In this document: positions 15,101-27,491 of the stretch, piece after piece
Layout of the letters: each line of letters begins with the position of its first letter
How positions within the stretch are numbered: the stretch's first letter is position 1
Made by a program: the position numbers and the translations under genes
The notes under the pieces: model-generated
The model's database searches: none
What the model was told of the DNA's origin: nothing
What the model saw: only the letters and a program-made list of their open reading frames with translations
Assembly (NCBI GenBank): GCA_965655095.1
Contig: OZ296650.1
Span: forward strand, 71,362,001 to 71,426,000
DNA length: 64,000 nucleotides
Direction: 5' to 3'
Origin: Haplodiscus bocki
Lineage: Eukaryota

Positions 15101-18100
15101 TGGAGATAATTTATTGTGACAAGACTGATAGCATAATGTTCATTTGAAATTTTCATGCTTGTTGGCGCGCAAACCTTTTATCGCTGTTTAATTAACTGCA
15201 AAGCGTGACAGTTCTGTATGATGTTAAAAAATTCGAAACAATTGCCTGGCGTCATTCTTTATACAGTATAATCAAAAGAGCCCAGGATCCAACAAACTGT
15301 GGATTCCAACAAACTTCCCTCACCGCACAGTTTCCCATGTCCATCAAGGACTTGGATCTGCCTGGCTGACGGTTGGATCATGTTCGATAAGTTGGCACCT
15401 ATTCCGTGAAGAAAGAAACCATCCTGCTTCCGAACTATCAAAAAGCACCGTAAATCTTGGCATGGTTCCTTAGCATTAGATCAGATACTTGAGCATCAGA
15501 GTTTCCCAAGAAAAGTTGACAGCAAGATCACTCACTATTTTTTTCTAATAAGCTCTTGAGGCCAGACTAGAAGTGAGCATCTTGGTGCCCAAGGTTTGAT
15601 CGCCAAAAAACCTTCTGGCGGAGACTAAGTATTCGTACATTATAAACGAGCCTTTAATTGCCATATGAGAGTAAAACTCGCAAACTACAAACAGAGCTGT
15701 CAAGTTAAACCATTACAGATGAACTTTGTCGAAACCGACTCATTCTCTACCAGTAAACCAAAAGTTTTGGAACCCATTCAAAACACAACGTAAAACTAAT
15801 CGAGTTTTTGCTGTCCTGATCATGGTGGATGAAATTTTTTTATTGTTGCTTGCACACAAAATGCAGGTGGTGAGCAGGACTAAGTGACAATAGGAATTTC
15901 CAACAAGTAGCATCATTTCCAATTCATTTCACAAAAAAAACTATAAGCATATCCGATCTGATAAGCAAAAAGATGTTATTCTAGTCACGAGTCCTGCCGT
16001 GACGTCTGTGCAATCTGACGATACTGTAGATACATATGTGCCAAGAAGTAAGAGTCCGAATGTCACTAAAGGATGAAAAATTCGCTCGATGATTTATCTT
16101 TCAGCAGAGACCTATTAGAAAAAAATTGAATCTCCAACATAAATATGCTGTAGTGGAGGTCATTTAGTCAATTCTATTTGAAATTGGGACGTTCCTGAGG
16201 GCTATTTGTCGTTGTATAAAGCTGCCAGTATGACAAAAAAAAACGTCAAAGTGACCTAAAGTCTCTCAGTTTCTGTTGAAGAAATTCCGACCGCCAAGTA
16301 CATGGCAGATTTTTTCAACTTTGCTCCGCAGCATCCGATATTTAACAGCCCCAAATTACGAAGAGAGATTAGTGATGATTTTTCTCTCTTCACAGGCATG
16401 TTTTTCTGAAACTATCGGCCGGACTTCTTCCATTAACGTGTCATTCAACAACTTTCTCTTTTCAAATAAGTATATATTTCGAAAGTTTTCGTTTGTCAGC
16501 TTTAAGCTGAAAAGGTGATGGGCCAACAACGCTGAGAAAGGCAATTAGTATTGATTTTCCAGATATTGAAGCTCATGTTTCTCCGAAGCTACCAGCTGGA
16601 TTTCTCCTATCAAGGTCCATTTCGCCACCTCATCATTTGTGGAAAGGCAAGTAATTGGTGTTTTCGATATTCCTACACTTTTCCCTCGAAACTATTGCAT
16701 GGATCTTTTCAATCGCTGTCACAATCCACATTTTTTTGTACATAAGGTCCTCCGATTATCTTATTTTCAATAGAGTGACATGCAAGGAAAATTTGGTAAT
16801 TATTTTACGAGGTAACAACTTTACGAGGTAACAGTAAAAGCAAATTTTTGGATTTCTCTTGAGATTATATTGGTGTTTTTTGTTTTGAAATCGGGGCAAT
16901 AGTTGAAAAGTTTGGCATCAAAATTTTTCGAAAATCTATTTCGTACACAAATTCTAAGAAAAAATATTAGATTTTGAAGCTTTGAATCTCTTCCAAAACT
17001 TTCGGCAGTTACAATTTCCTGGAAAATTAAGTCCCTAAAAGTCCACGTTACTCAATAGAAGTGATTTTTCCATACATTCAGTTATGAAAAATTTTGACGT
17101 TTTTCGGAAATGAGATCTCAGAAAAATATTGAATCCAGAAGTTTTAGGGGACATTCAAAGCTTTAAAACGGCGCATACTGTGTTCTTCTACCTCTTTTGG
17201 AGTTTTAAATTTGGAAGTTCTAACGCAAGGATACGAAGACATCGCAAACTTGGAAGAACGGCCGTTTTTATGAGAAAAGAAACTTGGGGCAAATTTGCTT
17301 TTCATGGCTTGGTGTAGACTGTCAAGTTTCAGTTGAGCCCATCAAATCTAGATTTTTCATCCATTTACTATGCGGTTTCCATGAAGAGTCACCACCCCCC
17401 CCCCCCGCATTTGTACTCTCTGAGCCTCAAAATTTGCAGTCCCCTCTGATTTTAATCCCTCTGGTATGGATTTTTAAATTTTTTGACCGCGTAAGAATCG
17501 TTTCGCTTTTTTTGCATTTGCTTTCCATTGCACTTTGCTTAATCCACGACTCACAGTCTACGCTTTCACGACCTCATTGATACAAATGTTGGCAGAAACC
17601 TGAGTAAATTCCAAATTTGGGACTAGAAAAGCTGATGAGTCTGAAACCATTTTTGGACCCCACCCCCTCTTTATTAAAACTTCTCCTCTTAAAAATCAGC
17701 CACTTTCAATCAGACCCCACTCTTAATAGGAACTAATAGTCAATCAAAATCTGAAAAAGTCCAAAAATGATGACAATGACCAAAAATGGGGATCTCAAAC
17801 TCTTTGAATATTGGTCCGACTTTCATCGAACAAAAAGCTTTGTGATCTTATCAAAATTCTGATTTTTACAGAACAAAAACTTTGCGATCTTATAAAAATT
17901 CCAAGAACATTCAAATTTTTGTTTCTACGACTCTTTCTAGTTTTGAGCTTCAAAAAGATCAATTTTTGCTCAGAAGTTAACTTAATTGAAATCAATACTG
18001 TACACTTGTCAACTCGCTTCTCTCGCATGGCAAGTGTAATAACGCAATGGATGGTTCTCAATGTTGGCATAGTCTCACACGGTCTTTTGGAATTAAATTT

Positions 18101-21100
18101 TTTGTTCACTTGGAAGTGAATGTTGATCAATTAATATCAGATTTTCTATAGGAATCTGATTGGCTGTTCAATTTATCTGGGACTGGCGATAGTTTACTCC
18201 AAAATGATCTATAAAGGTTCATTCAAAATTTAAATCTTGCAAGACTCAAATCAGATTTGCACTTAGTTATCGGAAAAATACTCAGTCATCCGAAGAGAAG
18301 CAAAATTTATGAAGACCATCAAGGTCTTAGTACCTGGAAGCACTTTCGTATCAAGCTGTGATATTGTCTTCTGAAAAACTTTCTGTCCATGGATTAGAGT
18401 TTTCAAAAACTGCTGCTCTTCTTCATTAATGATTCTTTTCACAGAATTTATAGAAGTTGTCACTTCCGGGAAGAAATCTTTCAGAGAATCCACTGTCTCA
18501 TCCACGATACTGGCCAAAAATCCTGCCTTGGCTTTGAGAATTTCAGTTGAAAACCTAACGGCTCGCCTCAAAATTCGTCTGAGAACATAGCCGCGTCCCG
18601 TGTTATCTGGTCTCCCGCCGTCTGTAATGGCAACTGTTAAGGTTCGAACGTGGTCTGCTAGCACCCGGTAAGCCATGTCAATAGAATCTGCGTCTTCAGG
18701 TCCCAATTTCCCAGTGTAAGGTCGCACATCGGCTTTCTGAATTTTCACGACAAAATGATCAACTTTTCAAGTCTAAAGATTCAATGGATCGGCTATTTAA
18801 TTGTTTACCTTTTCGATTGCTTTGAAAATTGGGTCGAAGACATCGGTGTCATAGTTGGACATTTTATTTTGGATGACGGAAACAACGCGCTCAAAGCCCA
18901 TTCCTGTGTCAACGTGTTTTTTCGGTAATGGTCTCAAATTTCCTCCAATTTCTCTGAAAAAAGAACATTTGTCTCAATCAGTTAAAGAGAAGGTATTGGC
19001 GGCCATTTGTGTATGCTGATGCTGACTCATGCAACCCAGTTACTGATGCAAGAATGCTATGTATTAATCTCTTGAGAATGGAGCGAATTAGGAAAAATTG
19101 GCTGATAAATTGGAAAACAAGATGCAAATTAATTTGGCAACTTTGAAAATATTTGAATCAATAACGAGTATACTTGAAATCGAAAAGCCAAGACATTTTC
19201 GCTCTAGCTGGGGACAGAAAAATAATATAAATGAATGAAAATAAATACCAACAGAAATGGCTCAACCGGCCAGTCACATGGATTTGCGAAGTGCAGAGAA
19301 AAACAGTAAAATCTATAGGCCTCAAGTCTATCAGCTTAATGCCTAATTTTTTCAGCTCTAATTCTTTGTAGCACTGCCTGAATTTGATCAGTTCTAGCTC
19401 AAGCAATTTTATGTCCTATAAAAATTGAACTATAATTAGAGATGCACCAACCTGTTGAATTGGATGAAAACAAGATTCCAAATTTCAACAACTTCCGGAT
19501 CGTCCATGTTCACTAAACTAGCAGCGTTTCTGCCACCAACTCTGTCATAATGAATTTCGCTGCATGGACCACATGGGCCAGTATCACCCATCTCCCAAAA
19601 ATTGTCCTTCATGCCAAACGGAAGGACTCGATCTTCAGGAATGCCCAGCTTGATCCAAATCTGTCTGCATTCCTCGTCAGGCTCTAAATTTGATGGTTCA
19701 TAGCCACCGAAATATGTGAAGTAAAGCCGATCTCGTTCAATCCCGTAATAATTTGTGAGTAAATCAAGAGCCCACTCACAAGCTTCTTTCTAGAAATACA
19801 GTAACAAGGTGGAGATAATTTTAAGAAAAACATTGAATTCCTTTGATCAAAAAGAACATACCGCATCATGTTCATTCGTGAAAAAAAGAAGCGTAAAATT
19901 TTGACAAAACAATTTGAAGGATGAAGAAGGGGTTAAGAAATGAAATGAGGGGGGCAAAATTATTTGAAACGAAAGTCACTCCATTATCTTTTGCCATATT
20001 CCGGTCCGTTTACTTCGTATACAAACTTCTCAGAGAACAATTTTATTTTCTTCTTGAGTTTCATAAGTGCGTTTTTTTCTGGTTTTTTATATTTTCAGGC
20101 ATGGTGTTCCACAGTGAGACCACTGTCTCGAAAAAAAACATTTGCGTAGGAACTCTGAATTGGTTCAGATCGAAATATTCTTCATTCCTTCTACTTTGCC
20201 TCCTTATTTTAGCGGTAGGAAGTACAATTTTCCCTTTGAAAGCTGGAATAAGGTTCTTGAGCTTCCAGTAGCAGTTAATCTCTTCGATGTCAAGAAAATA
20301 TCGCACTGGCAAGAAGTTGTAGTTTAGTTTCAAATCCAAAGAGTGATCATATTTACTTCTATTGAAGCATGCTGTAACGCCCCAGTTTAATTGTTTTTCC
20401 AGTGTTGTCAGTAAATTTTCCGACATTCCATTTAATAAAAGTGTTGGATAATGTAAATAAATAACAAAGGACTAAGACATTGAGAAGTAGCGGATGTGTT
20501 TTGATTGGAAAGAAATCGCGTATAGCGTAAATAGTTTTCATTCCGCCAGCCAATTTCCGTGAGATATTTTTCACGTCATCTTGATATCTTAGGTTTTGGT
20601 CAAGGAAAACCACAAAATACTTTATAGATTTCGAGACATTGATTTCTTGATCTTTGACCGATAATCTGATTTTATTAAACTTTGGGTTGTTGTTTGAGTT
20701 GCAAAAAAATAATATATTCAGTTTTGTCTGTATTGGTGGCTAGTCTATGGCTTCAAAAAACTCAATCAAACTTTTAGCACTGGTACTTAATTTTTCAACC
20801 GCTTGTTTTTCATCCGAGTGTGACGAGAATATCATTGTATCATCGGCATATTTTATTAGAGAACAATTCCCAGTAACAGTTTATTGCATATTATTGACGT
20901 GAATAATAAACAGAAGAGGCCCGAGGACGGCAAACTGTGGAACACCTTAGTACAATTGGATCCATTCCAAATACCAAGTAGACAATGTCACTTTTCGATG
21001 TATTTCTGTGAGATAATTTTCCATCATGGATATAGCTTTTTCATCAAAATTGAGATTTTTGAAATTTTGCAGAAGGATTTTGTGTGAAACTGAATCAAAC

Positions 21101-22309
21101 ACTTTCGATAAATCAAGGAACGCTGTAGCTACTGTTTCATTTTCGTCTACATTTTCCTTATGCTTTCAGTCACAAAAACAAAAGTGCATCTGTTGTCGAA
21201 AATTTTTTTTGGAATTCAAACTGCAGTGGGTTCAGTAAGCTACTTTGAGATATTCATGTCGTCATTTTTTCTCTTATTACTTTCTCAAAAACTTTGGATA
21301 GAGCAGAAGTAATTGAATTTGGTCAACAAATATTCGGATTTTCAGAAAAACCTTTATTGAAAATTGGTGTTACGAACTCTTGCTTCAAACGGTTAGGGAA
21401 TTTTCCTTCATAGAAAAAAGCATTAATCAGGTAACAAAGTGGTTCAACAATGATGTTCATGAAATCTTTTAGTGCCCACGCTGGGATTTCGTACGGACCC
21501 AAAGGTTTGTTGATATTCAAGCTTTTGACATACTTCCGGCATTCAAAGAGGCTTATGGGCCGAAAGCTGAAGGTTTTTCTGGTTAACGATACTTCATCAA
21601 ATGATTGATCAATATAGGCCAAATTACTCATTTAATTCTGAAAATCGATAATTCAGGAGATCTGCAATTCGTTTTTGGTCAGTGATAATATCTCTGAACG
21701 AATTTTTTACATGAAAAAAAACACGTTACTATGGAAACATTGAGTCTCAAACATTTGCTACCTAGACAAATTGAAGTTCATCGTGCAATACGACGTATCA
21801 AAATTTAGTTTATCAAATCCCTGCACTTTCAAACTTTTTGGTTCTCGAGTCATGAGAAAAATACTATACAAGAAACTTCGAAACACTGAGAGTCCCTATA
21901 TCTCGAATTTAGTTGCAACTGTGAAAATGAACTTGGTTCTTAGAAATTGGAGCTAAACATTTGCAAAGAGAGCTAACCTTGAAGTAATCTCCAAACGACC
22001 AATTTCCCAGCATTTCGAAGAATGTGTGATGATAAGTATCTTTGCCTACGTCATCTAAATCATTATGTTTTCCACCAGCTCTAATACATTTCTGTGAATT
22101 GCAAGCCCGTTTCAATTTGCCCAAACTACTGTTGGTGTCAGCGGTTCCAAGAAAAAGAGGTTTGAATTGATTCATTCCGGCATTAGCGAACAACAAAGTT
22201 GGGTCTTCGTGTGGAATTGTGCTAGAAGACGCCCAAAATGTGTGTGCATGTTTCGCTGAGAAGAAGTCAATGAAACATTGCCTTATCTCCGCACTGGTTG
22301 TTGGTTTGG
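1..22309 (-). CDS. AARS1: Cytoplasmic alanyl-tRNA synthetase core (aminoacylation, tRNA-recognition, editing and C-Ala domains), 14 exons
   Basis: Motifs: [131 protein letters not shown], editing HTATH and EFCGGT|HV, C-Ala KGGGK. About 966 codons, matching typical AARS1 length. Confidence 0.97.
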
Positions 22310-25300
22310 CTAAAAATATACCTGTATTGCATAGCCCATACTACACTTTTCAAGTCATAAACCAGAAGTATTCAATTTTGATTGTTAAAATATTCCTTTA
22401 TAAATTGTATAGACGAGCCCAACGGATCTACACAGTTTTAAGAAGCTGAAGTTCACATCCAAGCTTTTACTGATTGGAACAACATTAATTTATGAGTTCA
22501 AACGGAAATAACCGGCGTACAGGGACCATACATGATGAGTGAAACTTCACTGGCCAAGCAGCATTTTTTTGAAGCAAAACGAAGACCTGTGTAATTTATT
22601 CATTTTGAAAAATTATAATTTTCAAAAAATACTCACAGTTTTTCATTTTGCAGGAAAATTCCAGTTTTTTAACTCTGTCTTCTAAACTCTGCATTTGATT
22701 CTGTATTTTTTCAAGACCTGAAAATCAGGTTTAGGAATTATAGAAAAGACTATAATGTAGTTTTACGAAAAATACGTAACTTGCAGTTCACTCACTCTCT
22801 TTCATTGCCTGTTGTCCGGATTCCACGTTATCGATTCGAGCAACTGACCTCGACCAATTGCCCTGAAATCAATTATGAATTATCAAAATTGCGCTTCAGA
22901 TTTCTGCGAAGAATCCTCAAGTGATCTGTTTGCTCATTTTAATCAACAATGCCAAAGTCAGACACGGCTTCAATTTATGGTTTCTTTCTTACGCCGCCTT
23001 AATGAAGAGAATCGTAAGATTCTCGACAAAATGACAACTCATATTATGTTGACAATTTCGGAGCGTAAATTACTATTGTCCGCATATTCAACGTCAACGA
23101 AATGGGGCAACAAAACAGGAGACAGAACACTAAACACGGAGATGTGCGATCTATTATAAATGATTTCTAGAGATGCCAAACATTTTCCCAAAAATTCTTA
23201 TTTCTGTACCTCGATACTAAAATCAAAACGAAACGTAGCAATCAATACTTTCCACTAAATGTTTATTTTTTAACCCCTTATTTTATATGGAAGGAAAATT
23301 ATTCGATCGGTATGGGCGTTTTTTTTTCAGACAAATTTTGCCAATTTTAATCTCAGTAAAAAATTAAACCAAGAGGGTTTCGAACCACCAAACTTCGACT
23401 TCGCAAACTCAAGACATTACCACTAGACCATAGCACATAAACCATGACACATTTCTCATATAAATATTGATAGATTTAATATACATATTGGGCGAAAAAT
23501 ATTCCGGTGTCAGTCGTCCGTCTTGTTTATATTTGCATGTTAGAAGAATTCATCGGGAGTCACGCACCTGAAATTTTGGATTTTCGAAATAACAAGCTAC
23601 CTTGCCATTTCATAACGTGCCAAAGCGTCCCTACTAAGAAAACTTTTGGCACTGAGACTTTTTGGACAAAAATTGTGATACCCTCTTTGATATAATCAAT
23701 TCTTTTGGAGAGCCACTCAGCAAAAAGTTGTTTATCGAGTTAGCGCGCTTACCAGGCAGTGAAAAAGATACCAGAGAGCCCCCACGAACGCTTGTGGCAC
23801 TAAAAGAAAATTCGACAAAACATTGTGAAGCCCATTTTTTGGATATAGAAGATTGTTCCAAAAACCAAAAACTACAACACGCCGGGAACAGCCTAAGTCG
23901 GTGCTATCTGTAGGGGCGAAAACATCCATGGAGACCTTCTGTTGAAAAGACCCTGGACTTTCTGACAAAAATATGTTACGATCACGTTTTTTATCGTAAA
24001 AATTTTGTCGCGCAGCGACGAAAATTAACTAGAGGGACTTTGTGGTACAATATTTACTGCCTGATAAATTCTATTTTTTTTTCAACCTTCTTAGTAAAGG
24101 CTTTTCCATTTTTTTGTAATATAAAAAGGGGATAGGAGTTATCACGAAATTTTTGGAATATAAAGATTACGCATTTCTGGCCGGTCGTCCAGAATTGATG
24201 TTCACCTAAAAATGTTAAACTCGGAAAAATGTTTAACAATTAGAACAGGTCGTGATAACACGGTAAGAAAAGCCACTGTGATAATCGGGCACTTATCAAA
24301 AGCACCGGCTAAAAACATCACCAGAGTCCCCTCTACAAATATTTTGAGCCTGAAGGGCCGAGCTGACTTTGGCTGTTCTCGTCTTGTTAGGTCTTGAGGC
24401 AATTTATGGACACACTTATGACTAACCGTTGTCAATTTTTTGAGGTATAAAATTTTTCCTTTTGAGTCAACGCCGAAAACTAGATCATTCAGAAGTGGCA
24501 CTTTCAGCCGCATTTTGCAAAAATGGAAGGCTGAAATTACCCCGCAGATAACCGGTCGTTTTGTTGTTGTACTGTTCTTAATTCAAATTTTTCTTGTTGT
24601 TAAAATAATTAACATTTAATACTACTTGACATTTATGCACTTGAATGAGCACCGGATGTGAAAATTGAACAACAAGCCGAGCACAGCTCAAAATTGGAGC
24701 CACTCACAGCTCAAAGTCGGCGCCGTCCATTGGCCGGACGCAAAAACTTGGACAAAGCATTTTTGTCAAAAAATTTAGCCTCACAGTGCCCAAAAACATC
24801 TTAGGCGGGACACTGAAGTATTTTAAAAAATATCTTCCCAAAATTTTCGGTGGAGCAAAGGGAGGTATCACGATTTCAGTCTGAAAATTGTCTTCAAATA
24901 CCGAAGAAATTTCGTACAGGGACGCCTTTGTCACTCAGCGAAATTTGGTCCACCGTAGGAAAGCTTTTCCAACTTTTCCAGAAATTCGTGCAGTGTGCAC
25001 TAAAATTGGATTGATTATTCGAAGCTAGGAAAAGCGCCTTACGGAAAAAAGAGCAATAATCGGGCACTTTTTCTTCCAAAGAGCACCGACTAAAAATGCT
25101 ACGGAGACGAACGAAGTTGAAATGGAAAAGAATTAAAAGCCAAGCCAGCGTATTAAAATTTCATAAGGAGTGGATTCGGCCCTTTGTTTAATCTATGATT
25201 TTCATGTTAGTTTATTCTAAAAAGGGACTGAAATATATTTATTAATTTAGCTTCGCATGCTTTATTGTGAGTTCCACACGTTTTCAGTTTAGTACCACAC

Positions 25301-27491
25301 GCAAAAAGAAGAACTCTGAATTTCTAATCTAATTTCTATTCATTTGTAGCTATTCTTAAGCTACCTGCGACAGAGCTTCTTGTATGATCTCTCTGGCTTT
25401 TCTGAGCTCTTCGCGAATGCTTCCAGAGTTGGCCAGCAACTCTTGATCACTACTGTCATTACCAGCTCCGTTTTCTCCATTCCCCGCACGAGTTTCCCTT
25501 CTCCACTGCTTCTTGCCAGACCCACGCTCACTGGCACTCGAGTAATCACGTTGGTTGTCTCTCTTCAGCGGTGTTGATTGATTTTTGGGAGCAAATGCTT
25601 CAGCACCACAAACGCTTCTATCATTATGTCTGCTGCCATTTTTAGAAGCCTTTGGCCTTGAGCCAGAATTATTCAAATTTCTCTACAAAACACGAATGGC
25701 GTGAGTGGTAAAATTGTTTATTTAGATGATTTCATGCTTTGGTCATTCATAGGCATGCAGGATCTGAATTGTTGCACAGAGCACAACGAAAGTCGTGATC
25801 AGAAGAGGAATTACAGAAACAGAAAAAGGAGAAAAGCCAAAACACGATGATGGAAAGATGCACATGCCAGAAACAAACAACTAAGGAGACACTTTATAAA
25901 AAACAACAGACCTCAAGATCAATTTGACTAGATAATCGTTTCCAGTACAAAGATTCGCGCAGCTGTGAATCCAGTTGTTTTAACCACACGCTGCTGACGT
26001 CTGCCAAAACAACTGAGCCAACTACACGCGTATTATTTTCTGAACGCTTATCAGGTGCTGTGGTTTCCTGTTACAACAATGCAGAAATTAGGAGTCTTTC
26101 AGAATTGATACTATGATTGTAATACTCTGCAATTAACCTTTTGAGAGGAAACCAATTTTGGTGATTCACTTTGCGATTTACGTGTATTTTTGATTGTTTT
26201 CGTTGGAGATTCATCATAGGTGCAAGAAGGGGGCCTTGCACCATTAATATTTGAAAGCTTGAGAAAGTAATTGCTCTCTTCTTCAGCAAATTTAAGCCGG
26301 TTGAAGTTACAGTTGCATCTAAATGCCTCGACGTCCACTCTTAAACAATTTAGAGGTTCCCTCTCCACAGTCTCATCTTTATCAAACGTCTTTGCTTCAC
26401 AGACTTGCTTGGCAACTGGGTATTTTTCTTCCTACAATGAATAACATCAAACTTGAACCTTCATTTATGCACCAACGAAGATTATCAAAAAAAGGAAGTT
26501 TGACAGATTGGACGGGAAAGAACCGATATAGCTACCACAGCTTTACCTTGGGCTTAGCTTCAATTTCATTGACGTCTAGAAGTGAGCCAACAGTGGCCGG
26601 ATCAAATTTTAACTGCTTTTTGGGAGTAGCAGTTTCAGAAATGAGAAACGTTGATTCGTCAGCACTGAAGCTCAATTGATCCATCCAAACAGATTTCGCC
26701 AGGTTACACAGAATGTCCTGAAATTTTGAGCTTCATGAGAACATAATCGTCAAAAAAAAAGAACAAGTAACTCTGAGACATGCTTCTACAAGTCTACACC
26801 AAGCGAAACGCACACTGAACTATGGACTAAAGTAGTGCCAAATGAAACTTTTGATAGTGCTGACATCAATGAATGGTGGTTTTCTCAAGCGTTATAAATG
26901 AGCTGGATAAAATGACATCAGATCGTAAGAAAACCACGCATAATACAGATAAAGGAAAGAAAGATCATGCATTCGTTATTCAAGACTTTCTACCTTGTTT
27001 ATTCCAGAAAAATTCAAGGCAGCTTCCTTGCCCGGAATATAAGATTCGCTTTGATCATCCCGAAGAGCAAATTCTTTGTCTGAGACTCCATTTTTCACTT
27101 TCAGATTAATGCTTGCTTTCCATGCATTCACTGTTTCGGGTTTAATGTTATCGTCACTTGGGACAAGGATATCCGTTTCGAACGCTATATCTTTCTCTTT
27201 CTCTTCTTCAAATTTCCCAACTTCATTAGATGATTCTTCGGATGGATGCGATTGTTTTTGGGTCGACAGTTCTTGCAAGCTAGGGCTTGGCCTTACAGTA
27301 TTTGACGAGGTGGCCTGCTTGTTCAAACTCTCACTTGTTACAGATTTGGGAATGGAAGTTGCGCTAGAGACGGCTTCTGTGTCCACGCTATTTGCATTTT
27401 GCTTGGCTGATTTCTGCTTGTTCTGCGGCTTTCTCTTACTAACGCCCTGCTGATTTTGGTTCCCTCCACTTTTTGGCTTCTTCCGAGCCAT
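1..27491 (-). CDS. AARS1: Alanyl-tRNA synthetase with long eEF1B-delta-like N-terminal extension; 21 coding exons, ~1494 codons in window, 3' end runs off the window
   Basis: Minus-strand exons: 27491-26994, 26717-26547, 26431-26138, 26067-25912, 25682-25365, 22862-22796, 22717-22637, 22309-21978, 19789-19452, 18953-18809, 18736-18334, 11069-10945, 9179-9035, 8790-8498, 8159-7902, 7760-7624, 7173-7065, 6581-6456, 6115-5912, 1504-1406, 184-1. All 20 introns are GT..AG with matching phases and no in-frame stop. Confidence 0.75.
1406..1504 (-). CDS. AARS1: AlaRS exon (C-Ala)
   Basis: ttgcag/gttaat boundaries, 33 codons TLNRAAQ...CMFFVPK, phase 0-0. Confidence 0.8.
4050..4100 (-). repeat. tRNA-derived repeat fragment
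   Basis: B-box AGTTCGAATCC on the minus strand in an intron; no full cloverleaf. Confidence 0.4.
5912..6115 (-). CDS. AARS1: AlaRS exon (C-Ala helical region)
   Basis: ttttag/gtgggt boundaries, 68 codons [14 protein letters not shown]...STDDK. Confidence 0.85.
6456..6581 (-). CDS. AARS1: AlaRS exon
   Basis: ttttag/gtgagg boundaries, 42 codons [16 protein letters not shown]...ALKQ. Confidence 0.85.
7065..7173 (-). CDS. AARS1: AlaRS exon (editing domain end)
   Basis: [31 protein letters not shown]; tttaag acceptor, gttagc donor. Confidence 0.92.
7274..7556. mobile_element. CATG-rich MITE-like element
   Basis: Perfect 9-bp terminal inverted repeat ACCGGGTTG/CAACCCGGT enclosing many CATG/GATCATG words. 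Confidence 0.7.
7624..7760 (-). CDS. AARS1: AlaRS exon (editing domain)
   Basis: [20 protein letters not shown]...SVEFCGGT; gtaagt donor. Confidence 0.95.
7902..8159 (-). CDS. AARS1: AlaRS exon (editing domain, HxxxH)
   Basis: [21 protein letters not shown]...[15 protein letters not shown]. Confidence 0.95.
8498..8790 (-). CDS. AARS1: AlaRS exon
   Basis: [21 protein letters not shown]...GYVLHVG. Confidence 0.95.
9035..9179 (-). CDS. AARS1: AlaRS exon
   Basis: [40 protein letters not shown]; phase 0-1. Confidence 0.9.
10945..11069 (-). CDS. AARS1: AlaRS exon
   Basis: [31 protein letters not shown]; gtgagt donor. Confidence 0.95.
18334..18736 (-). CDS. AARS1: AlaRS exon
   Basis: [42 protein letters not shown]. 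Confidence 0.96.
18809..18953 (-). CDS. AARS1: AlaRS exon (motif 3)
   Basis: [34 protein letters not shown]. Confidence 0.96.
19452..19789 (-). CDS. AARS1: AlaRS exon
   Basis: [12 protein letters not shown]...[22 protein letters not shown]...[11 protein letters not shown]. Confidence 0.96.
20150..21640 (-). mobile_element. 5'-truncated decayed LINE RT fragment in an AARS intron
   Basis: [14 protein letters not shown]...[40 protein letters not shown] at ~20835-20850, [11 protein letters not shown]. Confidence 0.88.
21978..22309 (-). CDS. AARS1: AlaRS exon (motifs 1 and 2)
   Basis: [13 protein letters not shown]...[15 protein letters not shown]...[18 protein letters not shown]; phase-1 acceptor, with no in-frame ATG upstream before a stop. 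Confidence 0.96.
22637..22862 (-). CDS. Two exons (22862-22796, 22717-22637) encoding an eEF1B-delta-like leucine zipper joined in frame to AlaRS
   Basis: [22 protein letters not shown]|[27 protein letters not shown]. Heptad pattern aligns by eye to EEF1D [36 protein letters not shown]. tttcag acceptors and gtgagt donors. Confidence 0.85.
23371..23432 (-). repeat. tRNA-derived SINE-like sequence
   Basis: A-box TGGTCTAGTGGT and B-box GGTTCGAAACC; imperfect anticodon arm with 8-nt loop. Confidence 0.6.
25365..27491 (-). CDS. Five phase-0 exons encoding an eEF1B-delta-long-like N-terminal region (basic start, low complexity, repeated W-D-F-E motifs, ARE-IQ helix)
   Basis: MARKKPK...; [17 protein letters not shown]; [17 protein letters not shown]; [17 protein letters not shown]; [19 protein letters not shown] (cf. 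EEF1D [19 protein letters not shown]). Exon lengths 498, 171, 294, 156, 318 nt, all multiples of 3. Confidence 0.75.

Noticed and set aside
14300-16500. Nested gene or Helitron helicase in the large AARS intron
   Set aside because: Only short ORFs, with no convincing motifs or splice chain.
22495-22586. Possible extra exon in the seam intron (acacag acceptor, [14 protein letters not shown]...)
   Set aside because: No strong donor in the needed phase, runs into a stop, and shows no similarity to EEF1D or a targeting peptide.
25356-27491. Upstream exons as an independent gene ending at the 25356 stop
   Set aside because: A phase-0 donor (CAG|gtagct) precedes the stop and joins in frame to the zipper exons, continuing EEF1D similarity in the right order. 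Judged less likely, but not excluded without RNA data.
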